Assembly: GCA_963924565.1 (NCBI GenBank)
Contig: CAWUQB010000058.1
Location: 1 to 60,413 of the forward strand
Reading direction: 5' to 3'
Source: Ascidiella aspersa
Taxonomy: Eukaryota
DNA: 60,413 nucleotides
Part shown: positions 1-12,400 of the stretch, piece by piece
Position numbering within the stretch: position 1 is the first letter of the stretch
Layout of the letters: every line of letters begins with the position of its first letter
Notes under the pieces: model-generated
What the model saw: the letters and a program-made list of their open reading frames with translations, nothing else
Told to the model about the DNA's origin: nothing
Database searches by the model: none
Made by a program: the position numbers and the translations under genes

Positions 1-99
1 GCTCCGGTAACATAGCTACGGCTATGCGCCCTACGCTGCGCCTTGCATAGTACCTGATCAAAAAGCCAGACTATTCGATTCCATATGATCAACTACTTA
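1..99 (+). mobile_element. 163-bp TA-flanked MITE, copy 1 (left part cut by window edge)
   Basis: Matches the internal part and right end (...ttcgattccatatgatcaactactta) of the full copies at 5779, 8969 and 49789. Confidence 0.85.
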
Positions 100-384
100 T
101 GCGTTGGTCGGGGGTGGCTTTCATCATATCTTTAATTAATTGTTTTGAACTTTGATTGGGGAAGGTCATTAAGTCTAGTTTTTTATCGATATCTTCTTGG
201 ACATCTTCAATGTGCTGCTCACGGTGCCACTGCGTAAGCAGGCTGGGCTCTTTTTGGAAAAAAGGGTTCTTTTCATGATAGAAAAAGGGGTTTGCGTCTT
301 TAGGCTGATCGGTGCGCAAGGCGTCTGTCATCATGAGGCCCAGTTGATAAACATCGATTTTAGCTGAGTTGCTTGGGCTTTTCT
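89..384 (-). pseudogene. Fragment of a Hanks-type Ser/Thr protein kinase C-lobe
   Basis: The frame stays open upstream of the listed ATG: KKSPSNSAKIDVYQLGLMMTDAL (subdomain IX-like DvyxlG) ... LIKDMMKATPDQRIS (subdomain XI-like). Bounded by MITE-type ends on both sides; the stop codon comes from the MITE. Confidence 0.55.
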
Positions 385-460
385 TAAGTAGGTGATATTT
401 CGTTTACGTATATCTTGATCGTACGATCAAGATATACGTAAACGAAATATCACCTACTTA
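385..460. repeat. 76-bp perfect palindrome with TAAGTAG...CTACTTA ends
   Basis: 385-422 is the exact reverse complement of 423-460, with no spacer (centre GTAC). Confidence 0.95.
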
Positions 461-541
461 CGGCTATGCGCCCTACACTGTGCCTTGCATAGCACCTGAT
501 CAAAAAGCCAGACTATTCGATTCCATATGATCAACTACTTA
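461..541 (+). mobile_element. 163-bp MITE, right-half fragment
   Basis: cggctatgcgccctacactg...atcaactactta matches the right half of the MITE and is fused at a TA to the palindrome. Confidence 0.85.
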
Positions 542-546
542 GATGT

Positions 547-588
547 AGTCTTCTCCAATATGAAATATGCCTAAAGGAAGCCATTGTT
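547..588 (+). mobile_element. Degenerate extra left end of the DDE IS, used as target of IS copy 1
   Basis: agtcttctccaatatgaaatatgcctaaaggaagccattgtt nearly equals IS left end 589-630 and continues after 1979 as tccaatgatcagtgag. Confidence 0.6.
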
Positions 589-1974
589 AGTCTTCTCCAA
601 TATGAAATGAGCCTAAAGGAAGCCATTGTTTCCAATATGAAGTGAGTCTGTGAGTTCTGGTTCTTTCGTCCATGATTAGAGGATGAAAGTCATCATGAAT
701 ACACGGTTAATCAAAACCCTCGAACACGTTCAAACCTTCCTGTTACAAGCGAGTTGTATCGAACCGGGGTGGGACTCAAAAGATGAATGTTATCAGTGGG
801 TTGAAAGGACTCTGAGGCACTTCAAGTATGCTCATTTAAACCGAGCAGATAAAGCGCTCATACGGCAATACCTGATGCTTGCGACAGGCTATTCAAGAGC
901 TCAGATCACCCGATTGATTACAGCATACAGGAAGACAGGTCGCTTGAGGCGCAAACAGCGCACAGCGAATGGTTTTACAACACGTTACACCAAGGCTGAT
1001 ATCAGGCTGCTGGCGGAGACAGATCGCCTTCATAACGACTTGAATGGGGCTGCTATCCGAAAAATTTGTGAGCGAGCATGGGGACGGGGAGATAGTCGCT
1101 ATGAACGATTATCAACGATTTCCGTCTCCCACCTTTACAACTTACGGCAATCAAAAACCTATCAGTCAGTACGCATCAGGAAAACAGTTACGCAGGCAAC
1201 AAAACGCGCTATTGGTATTCGCTCTCGCCCAACCCCAAATGGTGAACCGGGATTTATCAGAATCGATACTGTACACCAAGGAGACAAAGATAAAGTCAAA
1301 GGGCTTTACCACATAAACGCTGTTGATGAAGTCACACAGTTTCAAGTGGTGTGCTCAGTGGAGCAGATTAACGAAACATTCCTTATCCCAGTGCTTGAAG
1401 AGCTGCTTGTCAGCTTCCCCTTTAAAATACAGGGATTTCACTCAGATAATGGTTCAGAATATATCAATCATCGTGTATCTAAACTGCTGGAAGAGCTCCA
1501 TATAAAGTTCACTAAATCACGATCAAGAAAGACAAACGACAACGCACTGGTTGAATCGAAAAATGGTGCCGTCATCAGAAAAATATTAGGCTATGCCCAC
1601 ATACCACAGCATCATGCAAAAGCAGTCAATGATTTCAATAAGTGCTACCTGACACCCTATCTCAATTATCACAGACCCTGTTTTTACGCAGAGACGATTA
1701 TTGACAAGAAAGGAAAGCAGCGAAAAAAATACCGCTATGAAAACATGATGACTCCCTTTGAGAAACTGAAATCACTGCCCTCATGGGAAGGCTTTTTGAA
1801 AAAGGGTTGCAGCAAAGAGAAACTTGAAGCAAAGGCCAACTCTATGAGCGATAATGAAGCAGCTCAATAGCTACAGACAGCCAGAGAGTCACTCTTTAAA
1901 AGCATATTTGAACGAAGAGCCTGAATACGCAGAACTATCACTTGCTCAGGCTCATTTTAGGATTGGAAAATACT
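589..1974 (+). mobile_element. Insertion sequence (DDE/rve transposase, IS481/ISNCY-like), copy 1
   Basis: Imperfect TIRs agtcttctccaatatgaaatgagcct / agtattttccaatcctaaaatgagcct; 5-bp direct repeat TTGTT at 584-588 and 1975-1979; near-identical to 48109-49492. Family assignment is uncertain. Confidence 0.9.
683..1870 (+). CDS. DDE integrase-core transposase, shortened by a premature TAG (full frame would end at 1924, 413 aa)
   Basis: Motifs IDTVHQGD, FHSDNGSEY and NDNALVESKNG. TAG at 1868-1870 corresponds to CAG in copy 2. Confidence 0.85.
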   Translation: MKVIMNTRLIKTLEHVQTFLLQASCIEPGWDSKDECYQWVERTLRHFKYAHLNRADKALIRQYLMLATGYSRAQITRLITAYRKTGRLRRKQRTANGFTTRYTKADIRLLAETDRLHNDLNGAAIRKICERAWGRGDSRYERLSTISVSHLYNLRQSKTYQSVRIRKTVTQATKRAIGIRSRPTPNGEPGFIRIDTVHQGDKDKVKGLYHINAVDEVTQFQVVCSVEQINETFLIPVLEELLVSFPFKIQGFHSDNGSEYINHRVSKLLEELHIKFTKSRSRKTNDNALVESKNGAVIRKILGYAHIPQHHAKAVNDFNKCYLTPYLNYHRPCFYAETIIDKKGKQRKKYRYENMMTPFEKLKSLPSWEGFLKKGCSKEKLEAKANSMSDNEAAQ

Positions 1975-2221
1975 TTGTTTCCAATGATCAGTGAGTTAGT
2001 CATTACGGGGCTATCGCTGCCTGAGAATGTCCACAGTATTGCTGGAGAGGTTACAGAGAAAATATTTAGAGCGTCATTTCGAGCCCAATGCGGCTTTTTA
2101 CTATTCATTACCCTTTTTTACTCGACTTTAAAGCTGGGTTCTCGCATTTTTGATCTATTTGAACAATGAGTGGCCTTTGGTGCCGGTGGCGGCTGGGCTG
2201 TTTGATGAGTAAGTAGACTTT

Positions 2222-3175
2222 ATGAACCCAAACTACCTGGATTTTGAACAGCCAATTGCTGAGCTTGAGGCTAAAATTGAAGAGCTGCGTTTGGTCAGCA
2301 GTGATGCCGAACTCAATATTTCGGAAGAAATTACGACGCTGCAGGAAAAATGTAACAGCCTGACGGAGTCGATTTTTTCTGACTTGTCTCCGTGGCAGGT
2401 TACTCAGCTTGCACGTCATCCCCGTCGCCCCTATATGCTTGATTATGTCGAATATATTTTCACTGAGTTTGATGAGTTACATGGCGACCGACATTACGCA
2501 GATGATCAGTCACTGGTGGGGGGGATTGCTCGCCTTGATGGCCAGCCTGTGATGGTGATCGGTCATCAGAAAGGCCGTGAAATAGAAGAAAAAGTCCGCC
2601 GTAATTTTGGTATGCCCAAGCCAGAAGGTTACCGTAAAGCCTGTCGGCTGATGGAAATGGCTGAGCGCTTTAAAATGCCGATTATGACGTTTATTGATAC
2701 GCCAGGTGCCTATCCGGGTATTGGTGCGGAAGAGCGCGGACAAAGTGAAGCCATTGCTTGGAATCTGGGCGTGATGTCTCGGCTGAAAGTGCCTGTTATT
2801 GCTACAGTGATTGGTGAAGGGGGTTCCGGTGGTGCGCTGGCGATTGGTGTGTGTGATCGTATGGTGATGATGGGCTATTCCACTTATTCCGTTATCTCCC
2901 CTGAAGGCTGTGCTTCTATTCTCTGGAAAAAAGCCGAATACGCTTCGACGGCTGCTGAAGCTATGGGGGTTACCGCCAAACGATTGAAAGAATTGGAGCT
3001 GGTGGACCGCCTGATTCCTGAGCCACTGGGCGGCGCCCATCGTAATGTCGAAGAAGCGGCGCAAAGCTTGAAGACCGTACTGCTTGAAGAACTCGATAGG
3101 CTGATGACGCTGGAGGCAAGCACTTTGTTGGAGCAGCGTTACAAAAAAATAAGACAGTATGGAACCCTTTCCTGA
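2222..3175 (+). CDS. accA: Acetyl-CoA carboxylase carboxyltransferase subunit alpha
   Basis: [19 protein letters not shown] start, [41 protein letters not shown]. Confidence 0.98.
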   Translation: MNPNYLDFEQPIAELEAKIEELRLVSSDAELNISEEITTLQEKCNSLTESIFSDLSPWQVTQLARHPRRPYMLDYVEYIFTEFDELHGDRHYADDQSLVGGIARLDGQPVMVIGHQKGREIEEKVRRNFGMPKPEGYRKACRLMEMAERFKMPIMTFIDTPGAYPGIGAEERGQSEAIAWNLGVMSRLKVPVIATVIGEGGSGGALAIGVCDRMVMMGYSTYSVISPEGCASILWKKAEYASTAAEAMGVTAKRLKELELVDRLIPEPLGGAHRNVEEAAQSLKTVLLEELDRLMTLEASTLLEQRYKKIRQYGTLS

Positions 3176-3177
3176 GC

Positions 3178-4539
3178 ATGTTGTGCCCTGTCAATCAAGC
3201 GCTCCGTTTAACGTTGGACCACTGGAAGAACCGTCCTGTTGTGGCGGCTTTTAGTGGTGGGGTGGATTCAACGGTATTGCTGCATGCTCTGGTCGTACTG
3301 CGGGATGCAGGCGAAATAGAGCGCCTTAGAGCGGTACATGTGAATCATGGTTTAAGCGATCATGCTTTCAGCTGGACAACGCATTGTGAATTATTGTGCA
3401 AGCGTTGGGCTGTGCCGTTCAGGGGGGTCAGGGTTAATGTGAGTGAAGCCTCTGGCTCTGGTCTTGAAGAAGCCGCTCGATCAGCGCGTTATCAGGTCTT
3501 TTATGATGACTTAGCAGAAGGGGAGCGCCTGTTACAGGGGCACCACTTGAATGACCAGGCTGAAACACTGTTGTTTCGTTTATTCCGAGGAACTGGGATT
3601 GATGGCCTGTCAGGTATTCCACTGTCCCGTCCTTTGGGAAGAGGCACATTAGTGCGACCTCTGCTTTCTGTCTCCCGCACTGATATAGACGCCTATGCTC
3701 ACCGGCATCAATTGACCCTTATTGAGGATGAGTCCAACGAAGACCAGCGATTTTCCCGCAACTATCTCAGGCATTCATTAATACCTGCCGTTGAAGAGCG
3801 TTGGCCTGGAGCCTCTAACCGATTGTCAGTGCTGGCTGATGAGCTATCTCAGGTTAAAGCGCAGCTGAGTGATTTAATTACTGAGTTAACAGAATCTGCT
3901 GTGCAAACACGCCCCCAGTGGCTATTGGGTGATAAACCACTGCTTGATATTGCAAAACTGAACGCATTTAAGGCGCCTGTTCGAAAGCAGGTTATTAGGT
4001 GTTGGCTAAAACAGCAGAGCTTGCCTGTTCCTGGCCGTGAGATACTTGAAAACGTATTGACCGATGTGGTTGATGCCCGTGTTGATGCATCACCATTACT
4101 CCGTTGGCCGGGGTGTGAAGTGCGGCGTTATCAGGGCTTGCTGATTGCCGGGAGACCTCAGCTGATGACTGAACCGTTTTCCGGTGCCTATTGGGATTGG
4201 CTCAAGAGGTCCGAGTTTTTCCACCCAGTGTTTGGCTATTTGCGTATCAGGGCCGCTCGAAAAGGGGAGTCAGGCTGTCTTTGCTTGCCTGATAGTCAAG
4301 GGCTTGAGGTACGCACAAGAGATAGGGTTGACCCTGCTATGAAGATTGCTGTTGCAGGTCGAGACGGGCGCAAGACACTGAAACGATGGTTGCAGGATTT
4401 TAATATTCCTCCCTGGCTCAGAGGGAACGTGCCCTTTTTATTTACGCAGGCAGAGATGATTGCTGCACCAGGACTATGGATATGTGAGGGCTATCAGGCG
4501 GAGAAGGGAGCAGGTTACAAGGTGTATTTGAGAGAGTAA
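3178..4539 (+). CDS. tilS: tRNA(Ile)-lysidine synthetase
   Basis: PP-loop AFSGGVDSTVLL, HVNHGL, EEAARSARY, GHHLNDQAET, DESN; conserved position after accA. Confidence 0.96.
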   Translation: MLCPVNQALRLTLDHWKNRPVVAAFSGGVDSTVLLHALVVLRDAGEIERLRAVHVNHGLSDHAFSWTTHCELLCKRWAVPFRGVRVNVSEASGSGLEEAARSARYQVFYDDLAEGERLLQGHHLNDQAETLLFRLFRGTGIDGLSGIPLSRPLGRGTLVRPLLSVSRTDIDAYAHRHQLTLIEDESNEDQRFSRNYLRHSLIPAVEERWPGASNRLSVLADELSQVKAQLSDLITELTESAVQTRPQWLLGDKPLLDIAKLNAFKAPVRKQVIRCWLKQQSLPVPGREILENVLTDVVDARVDASPLLRWPGCEVRRYQGLLIAGRPQLMTEPFSGAYWDWLKRSEFFHPVFGYLRIRAARKGESGCLCLPDSQGLEVRTRDRVDPAMKIAVAGRDGRKTLKRWLQDFNIPPWLRGNVPFLFTQAEMIAAPGLWICEGYQAEKGAGYKVYLRE

Positions 4540-4631
4540 GCGTTTAGGTATTTGTAAACTGTCTATACGTCGTCGTTTTGATGGGATGTGGTTTGCGCTA
4601 CATTTGTAATGATTTTGATAGACAGGTATGC

Positions 4632-4655
4632 ATTCCCAGCGGGGACGCTGGGAAT
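4632..4655. repeat. REP-like GC-rich hairpin between convergent tilS and SDR genes
   Basis: attcccagcg-ggga-cgctgggaat, a 10-bp stem; single copy in this window. Confidence 0.5.
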
Positions 4656-4887
4656 CAGGTGTTATTTTCCATTGTTGTTTTTGAAGTCGATATAGGTCAA
4701 TAGTATGCCTGAAATACCTGATACTAGAGATAGTACTACCCTACCCTAGTGGGTGTATTCTACAGATACGTACGTAGAACCATGAGTACCCCAAGCCTCA
4801 ATAATTCCCTCTTGGTGCGTTTGTTATCTAGCAGAGAGTGGTAGTTTTGGCGGGTGGCTAAAGAGGTCTCCAGAACTCTGTTTTTTG

Positions 4888-5724
4888 CTACAGACTATGC
4901 GGCTCTTTAGACGAGCTATGTCCCTTAAATTGATCCATGCTGCTGTAAATACGCATCAGCTTACCGCCAATAAAGTCAAAGAGCCGAGCGGGTAGAATGC
5001 CTCTGAAAAAGGGCAGTAGCCCCACAATTTTTGGCGCCCGGACATAGACTTTACCTTTCTTCATGCCTTGCCAGGTAAGATCAACCATTTTTTCCGGTTT
5101 AATGATGGGCACCAGCAAGGGCGCCTTAACGCCTTCAAACATACCCGTATCAATGAAGCTGGGTGTGACCGTGGTGACTTTGACATCATGGCCGCCTTTC
5201 TCCATTTCCAGCCGCAGTGATTCAGACCAGCCAATCAAAGCCCACTTGCTGGACGCATAAACGGACATTTTTGGATTGGGTAATAAACCGGCAGCTGAAG
5301 CAATATTGACAATGCGCGCGCCCCCATTACGTATCATGCTGTGTAGAAAGGCATTCGTGACATGCATGGGGCCTGTTGTGTTGATCGCGAGGGTTTTATC
5401 AATATCGATAGCGGTATGTTCTATAAACTGTTTGCCGACAACGATACCGGCATTATTAAAGAGGATATCGATATCCCCTACATCACTCTGAACCTGGCGG
5501 GCCGCCGCCTTGATTGAGTTGATGGATGATACGTCAACGACGTAAGTAAAAACGCAGCCGCCCTGTTTTCGGAGGTCCTCTGCCGTTTGTTCCAGAGTGG
5601 CTTGGTTAATATCCCAGAGAATGACCTTTGCGCCTTCCTGAATGCCTTTTTTGGCAAACAGACGGCCCATCCCCTGAGCGCCCCCCGTAATGAGTATGTT
5701 TTTTGAGGTTATTTCTAGCATCAT
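4888..5724 (-). CDS. Short-chain dehydrogenase/reductase (retinol dehydrogenase/17-beta-HSD-like classical SDR)
   Basis: TGGAQGMG Rossmann motif, NNAG, catalytic YASSK. Confidence 0.92.
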   Translation of the reverse strand: MMLEITSKNILITGGAQGMGRLFAKKGIQEGAKVILWDINQATLEQTAEDLRKQGGCVFTYVVDVSSINSIKAAARQVQSDVGDIDILFNNAGIVVGKQFIEHTAIDIDKTLAINTTGPMHVTNAFLHSMIRNGGARIVNIASAAGLLPNPKMSVYASSKWALIGWSESLRLEMEKGGHDVKVTTVTPSFIDTGMFEGVKAPLLVPIIKPEKMVDLTWQGMKKGKVYVRAPKIVGLLPFFRGILPARLFDFIGGKLMRIYSSMDQFKGHSSSKEPHSL

Positions 5725-5778
5725 TTATGGCTCTTTTTTTAGAGGTTGACACAAAGAGCAACCGCTTCTGACGTTTTA

Positions 5779-5941
5779 TAAGTAGCTAACCACATGAAAT
5801 CAAATAGTCTGACGCCTTGCTCAGGTACTCTGCTGCGTTACCGCTCCGGTAACATAGCTACGGCTATGCGCCCTACGCTGCGCCTTGCATCGCACCTGAT
5901 CAAGGAGCCAGAATATTCGATTCCATATGATCAGCTACTTA
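5779..5941 (+). mobile_element. 163-bp MITE, full copy
   Basis: taagtagctaaccacatgaaatc...ccatatgatcagctactta; imperfect ~33-bp TIRs with TA at both ends. Confidence 0.9.
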
Positions 5942-6406
5942 ATGAAAACAACAAAGTTACTGTACCACTAACACGCTGATATCCCACAGTTTATTTAAAC
6001 GATTGCCCATAAAATATGGGCTACTGGCAAGGGCCTATTTTTTCGGACTTCAGCGGAAATAGTCTATTTTGTATGGCTGTGCTGCCGGAAATAATCTCTG
6101 GATTGCCTGAGGCAGTTTTGCGGGTGGTGGACTATAAGGTATTGATAGCTGGGACTTTGCTGATTGAAGTGATGGCTTAGGCGCAAAAGCTGAAGTAATC
6201 TGAGTACATAATATAATGTATCCTGTTTTACGTTTCGTTTGTCTTTTGGTATCCTAATCTCCCGTCTTGTTTGTCTTTTTTCTTAATCTCCTGAACAGCC
6301 AGAAATGAATAGACAGCGCCTCTGTGAGCCGCGTGGTTTTTGTATTGTGGTGCGTTTCCATGCTTTTTGGCAGTGGAGCGTCAGGCTTTGGTTAAACAGT
6401 CAGTAG

Positions 6407-8041
<1,635 letters not shown>

Positions 8042-8055
8042 CGGACAATATTGAT

Positions 8056-8074
8056 CAGGCTGCTTGGCAGCCTG
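8056..8074 (+). other. Intergenic hairpin between pyrG and kdsA
   Basis: caggctgc-ttg-gcagcctg, an 8-bp stem with no U-tract. Confidence 0.4.
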
Positions 8075-8083
8075 TGATAGTGA

Positions 8084-8968
<885 letters not shown>

Positions 8969-8971
<3 letters not shown>

Positions 8972-9131
8972 GTCGCTAACCACATGCAATCGAATAGTCT
9001 GACGCCTTGCTCAGGCACTTTGCTTCGTTACAGCGCCGGTAAAATAGCGACGGCTATGCGCCCTACACTGTGCCTTGCATAACACCTGATCAAACAGCCA
9101 GAGTATTCGATTCCATATAATCAACTACTTA
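8969..9131 (+). mobile_element. 163-bp MITE, full copy overlapping the kdsA stop codon
   Basis: taagtcgctaaccacatgcaatcg...ccatataatcaactactta; its first TAA is the kdsA stop. Confidence 0.9.
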
Positions 9132-9230
9132 AGACTTAAGAGTGACCGGTGCTGAGTTTTTTGTTATGTGCCGGAATAAAATGTAGACTGATAAAATAAT
9201 ATCCTGTGTCGATTGCTTGTCATATTTTTT

Positions 9231-9267
9231 AAAAATGCCTGTTAGAAAATTTAACAGGCATTTTTTT
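9231..9267 (+). terminator. Intrinsic terminator, probably bidirectional
   Basis: aaaaatgcctgtta-gaaaatt-taacaggcattttttt, with A and T tracts on both sides. Confidence 0.75.
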
Positions 9268-9475
9268 GTTATTTTCTACCCTAATAATGTTCTCCGCTTA
9301 AAAATAAAGAAATATTCGTCTGTTTTAAAGGCGGATTATTGATATGTTTGACTATCATTTTAAATAGGTATAGCTGCGAAAAGCAAAATTGTGCTTTTTT
9401 AGAGCGTTGTTTGTTTAAGAGACTGATAAATATAATCGTCTTGCACTGACGTAGAATAAAAATGATTAACTCTTA

Positions 9476-12400
9476 ATGGAAGGAGTTTTTGTGAACTCAT
9501 CAAATGACCCCGTCATAGGATTGCTAAAATCTTCAGACCAACCTGTTGAAGTAGTGGATAGTAAGGGTAATATCAGGTTGGTTAATGTTGGAGAGCTTCT
9601 TTATATTGATGACCAACTCGTCAATAATAGCAGTGGTGATATTATAGTGATGCTGATTAATGGTCAGCTATTGACTATTTCTCCTTCTCAGCAGCAAATT
9701 TTTGGCAAAATAATTTTAAATAAAGAAACCTCTGATTTAAATGAAGAAGATGATTCCGAGGATCAGGAAGTGGCGTTGAAATCTGCTGATGATGTCAGTG
9801 AAGCAGGTTCTAATACGAGCAATAATGTGGGTCAACAGCGCTCGGAAAATAATGAAACAGATAATAAGACAGTATCGGAAACGCCCGAGGATTCACGAAC
9901 TAGAAAAATATCGATGGTAGAGCGTGAAAGGAAAACTGAGAATAATCAATTTGAAGAGGAAATAGAAGAAGAGGGAATAGAAGAAGAGGGAATAGGAATA
10001 GAAGAAGAGCAAAAGAACGATAATAATATCAGCTTAGCGCCTTCTTCATCAGTGCCGGCTACTATCCCAAGAGTGTTAGAAGTAGGGGCGCAGAGTTTTT
10101 CTGTTAACGAGAGCGTGAATGATGATGGCTCTATTGTTGTAGGTAAAATTCTAAGTAAAACACAAGGGATTAGTGGTGATCTTACGTATAAGATAATCGC
10201 TGGTAATAATGATGAACAGTTTGAGATTGATGAAAACACAGGTGCTATTTCGGTCACGGGCGACCTGAATCATGAGTTGAAGCCAATACATAACCTGACG
10301 ATAGAGGTTAGCGCTGATAATGGCAGTATCTCTAAAAAAGCAGCGATCTCTATTGCGGTGAATGATGTAGAAGAAGCACCTGAAACTACGCTTGATGCAG
10401 ATACCACAACAGAAAATACAGCGACATTGTTAGATGTTCTTGTTAATGATACAGATGAAGACCACAGTGATAATCCAGATACATTTGTATTGTTATCGGC
10501 TGAAATTATTGGGGAAGAAGATTCCGGAACCGTGTCAGTGGTTGATAATAAACTCAGTTTTGACCCTGGTGGTAATTTTGACCAACTTGCAGTTGGAGCA
10601 ACAGAAACGGTTACTGTTCGCTATATCATGTCGGATGCGGGTGGTTTGGAAGCAACGGGCACAGCCGTCATTACTATAACAGGTACTAATGATCAGCCTG
10701 AAGTAAGCCAGAGTCTGTCGGCTGCCAGTGATCAAAATGCCAGCAGCTATGCGGTGGATCTCCTCGAGTATGCCAGTGATGTTGATGTTGGAACCCAGTT
10801 TTCTGTTTCTGATGGCAGTGTGATCTGGATGAGCGGTGATGCCAGAGGTGTAATGGTGGGTGATAACCAGCTGGTGGTGCAGCCCTATATGTACAATAAC
10901 CTCGGCGTTGGGGAGCAGGAAACAATAGTTTATCGTTACTCTATCGAAGATGGCGACGGTGGAATGGTCGATCAGACAGCATCGATTACCGTATCCGGAA
11001 GTAATGATGTACCCACGGTGTCTTCCAGCATTACACAATCGGTATCAGAAGACAGCAGTCAGATACAGGTGGATTTACTTGAAGGTGCATCGGATGTTGA
11101 TGACTCTGACACCCTGATTATTCAGGAAGGCAGTGTCACTTTGGTATCTGGAGATGCCAGTGGTGTTGTAATAGCGGGTAATACACTGACACTTAACCTC
11201 GAACCCTATCAATACCTGAAGGTTGGAGAAACCAACCCGATTGAGTACAGCTATACCATTGAAGACGGTAATGGTGGCTTTGTTTCTCAAACGGCCATGA
11301 TTACGGTGACAGGCAGTAACGATGGCCCTCAGGTGGAATCATCAATCACTCAGGAGGTTGAGGAAAGTGATAGTGAGTTTACTGTCAATCTACTGTCTGG
11401 TGTGACAGATGTTGATGTTGGAACCCAATTTTCTGTTTCTGATGGCAGTGTGATCTGGATGAGCGGTGATGCCAGAGGTGTAATGGTGGGTGATAACCAG
11501 CTGGTGGTGCAGCCCTATATGTACAATAACCTCGGCGTTGGGGAGCAGGAAACAATAGTTTATCGTTACTCTATCGAAGATGGCGACGGTGGAATGGTCG
11601 ATCAGACAGCATCGATTACCGTATCCGGAAGTAATGATGCACCCACGGTGTCTTCCAGCATTACACAATCGGTATCAGAAGACAGCAGTCAGATACAGGT
11701 GGATTTACTTGAAGGTGCATCGGATGTTGATGACTCTGACACCCTGATTATTCAGGAAGGCAGTGTCACTTTGGTATCTGGAGATGCCAGTGGTGTTGTA
11801 ATAGCGGGTAATACACTGACACTTAACCTCGAACCCTATCAATACCTGAAGGTTGGAGAAACCAACCCGATTGAGTACAGCTATACCATTGAAGACGGTA
11901 ATGGTGGCTTTGTTTCTCAAACGGCCATGATTACGGTGACAGGCAGTAACGATGGCCCTCAGGTGGAATCATCAATCACTCAGGAGGTTGAGGAAAGTGA
12001 TAGTGAGTTTACTGTCAATCTACTGTCTGGTGTGACAGATGTTGATGTTGGAACCCAATTTTCTGTTTCTGGAGGCAGTGTGATCTGGATGAGCGGTGAT
12101 GCCAGAGGTGTAATGGTGGGTGATAACCAGCTGGTGGTGCAGCCCTATATGTACAATAACCTCGGCGTTGGGGAGCAGGAAACAATAGTTTATCGTTACT
12201 CTATCGAAGATGGCGACGGTGGAATGGTCGATCAGACAGCATCGATTACCGTATCCGGAAGTAATGATGCACCCACGGTGTCTTCCAGCATTACACAATC
12301 GGTATCAGAAGACAGCAGTCAGATACAGGTGGATTTACTTGAAGGTGCATCGGATGTTGATGACTCTGACACCCTGATTATTCAGGAAGGCAGTGTCACT

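Noticed and set aside
1942-2169. 75-aa ORF upstream of accA
   Set aside because: Starts within the IS right end and crosses the insertion junction; no recognisable motif.
5794-5979. 61-aa ORF MKSNSLTPCSG...
   Set aside because: Lies almost wholly inside a MITE copy; no independent coding evidence.
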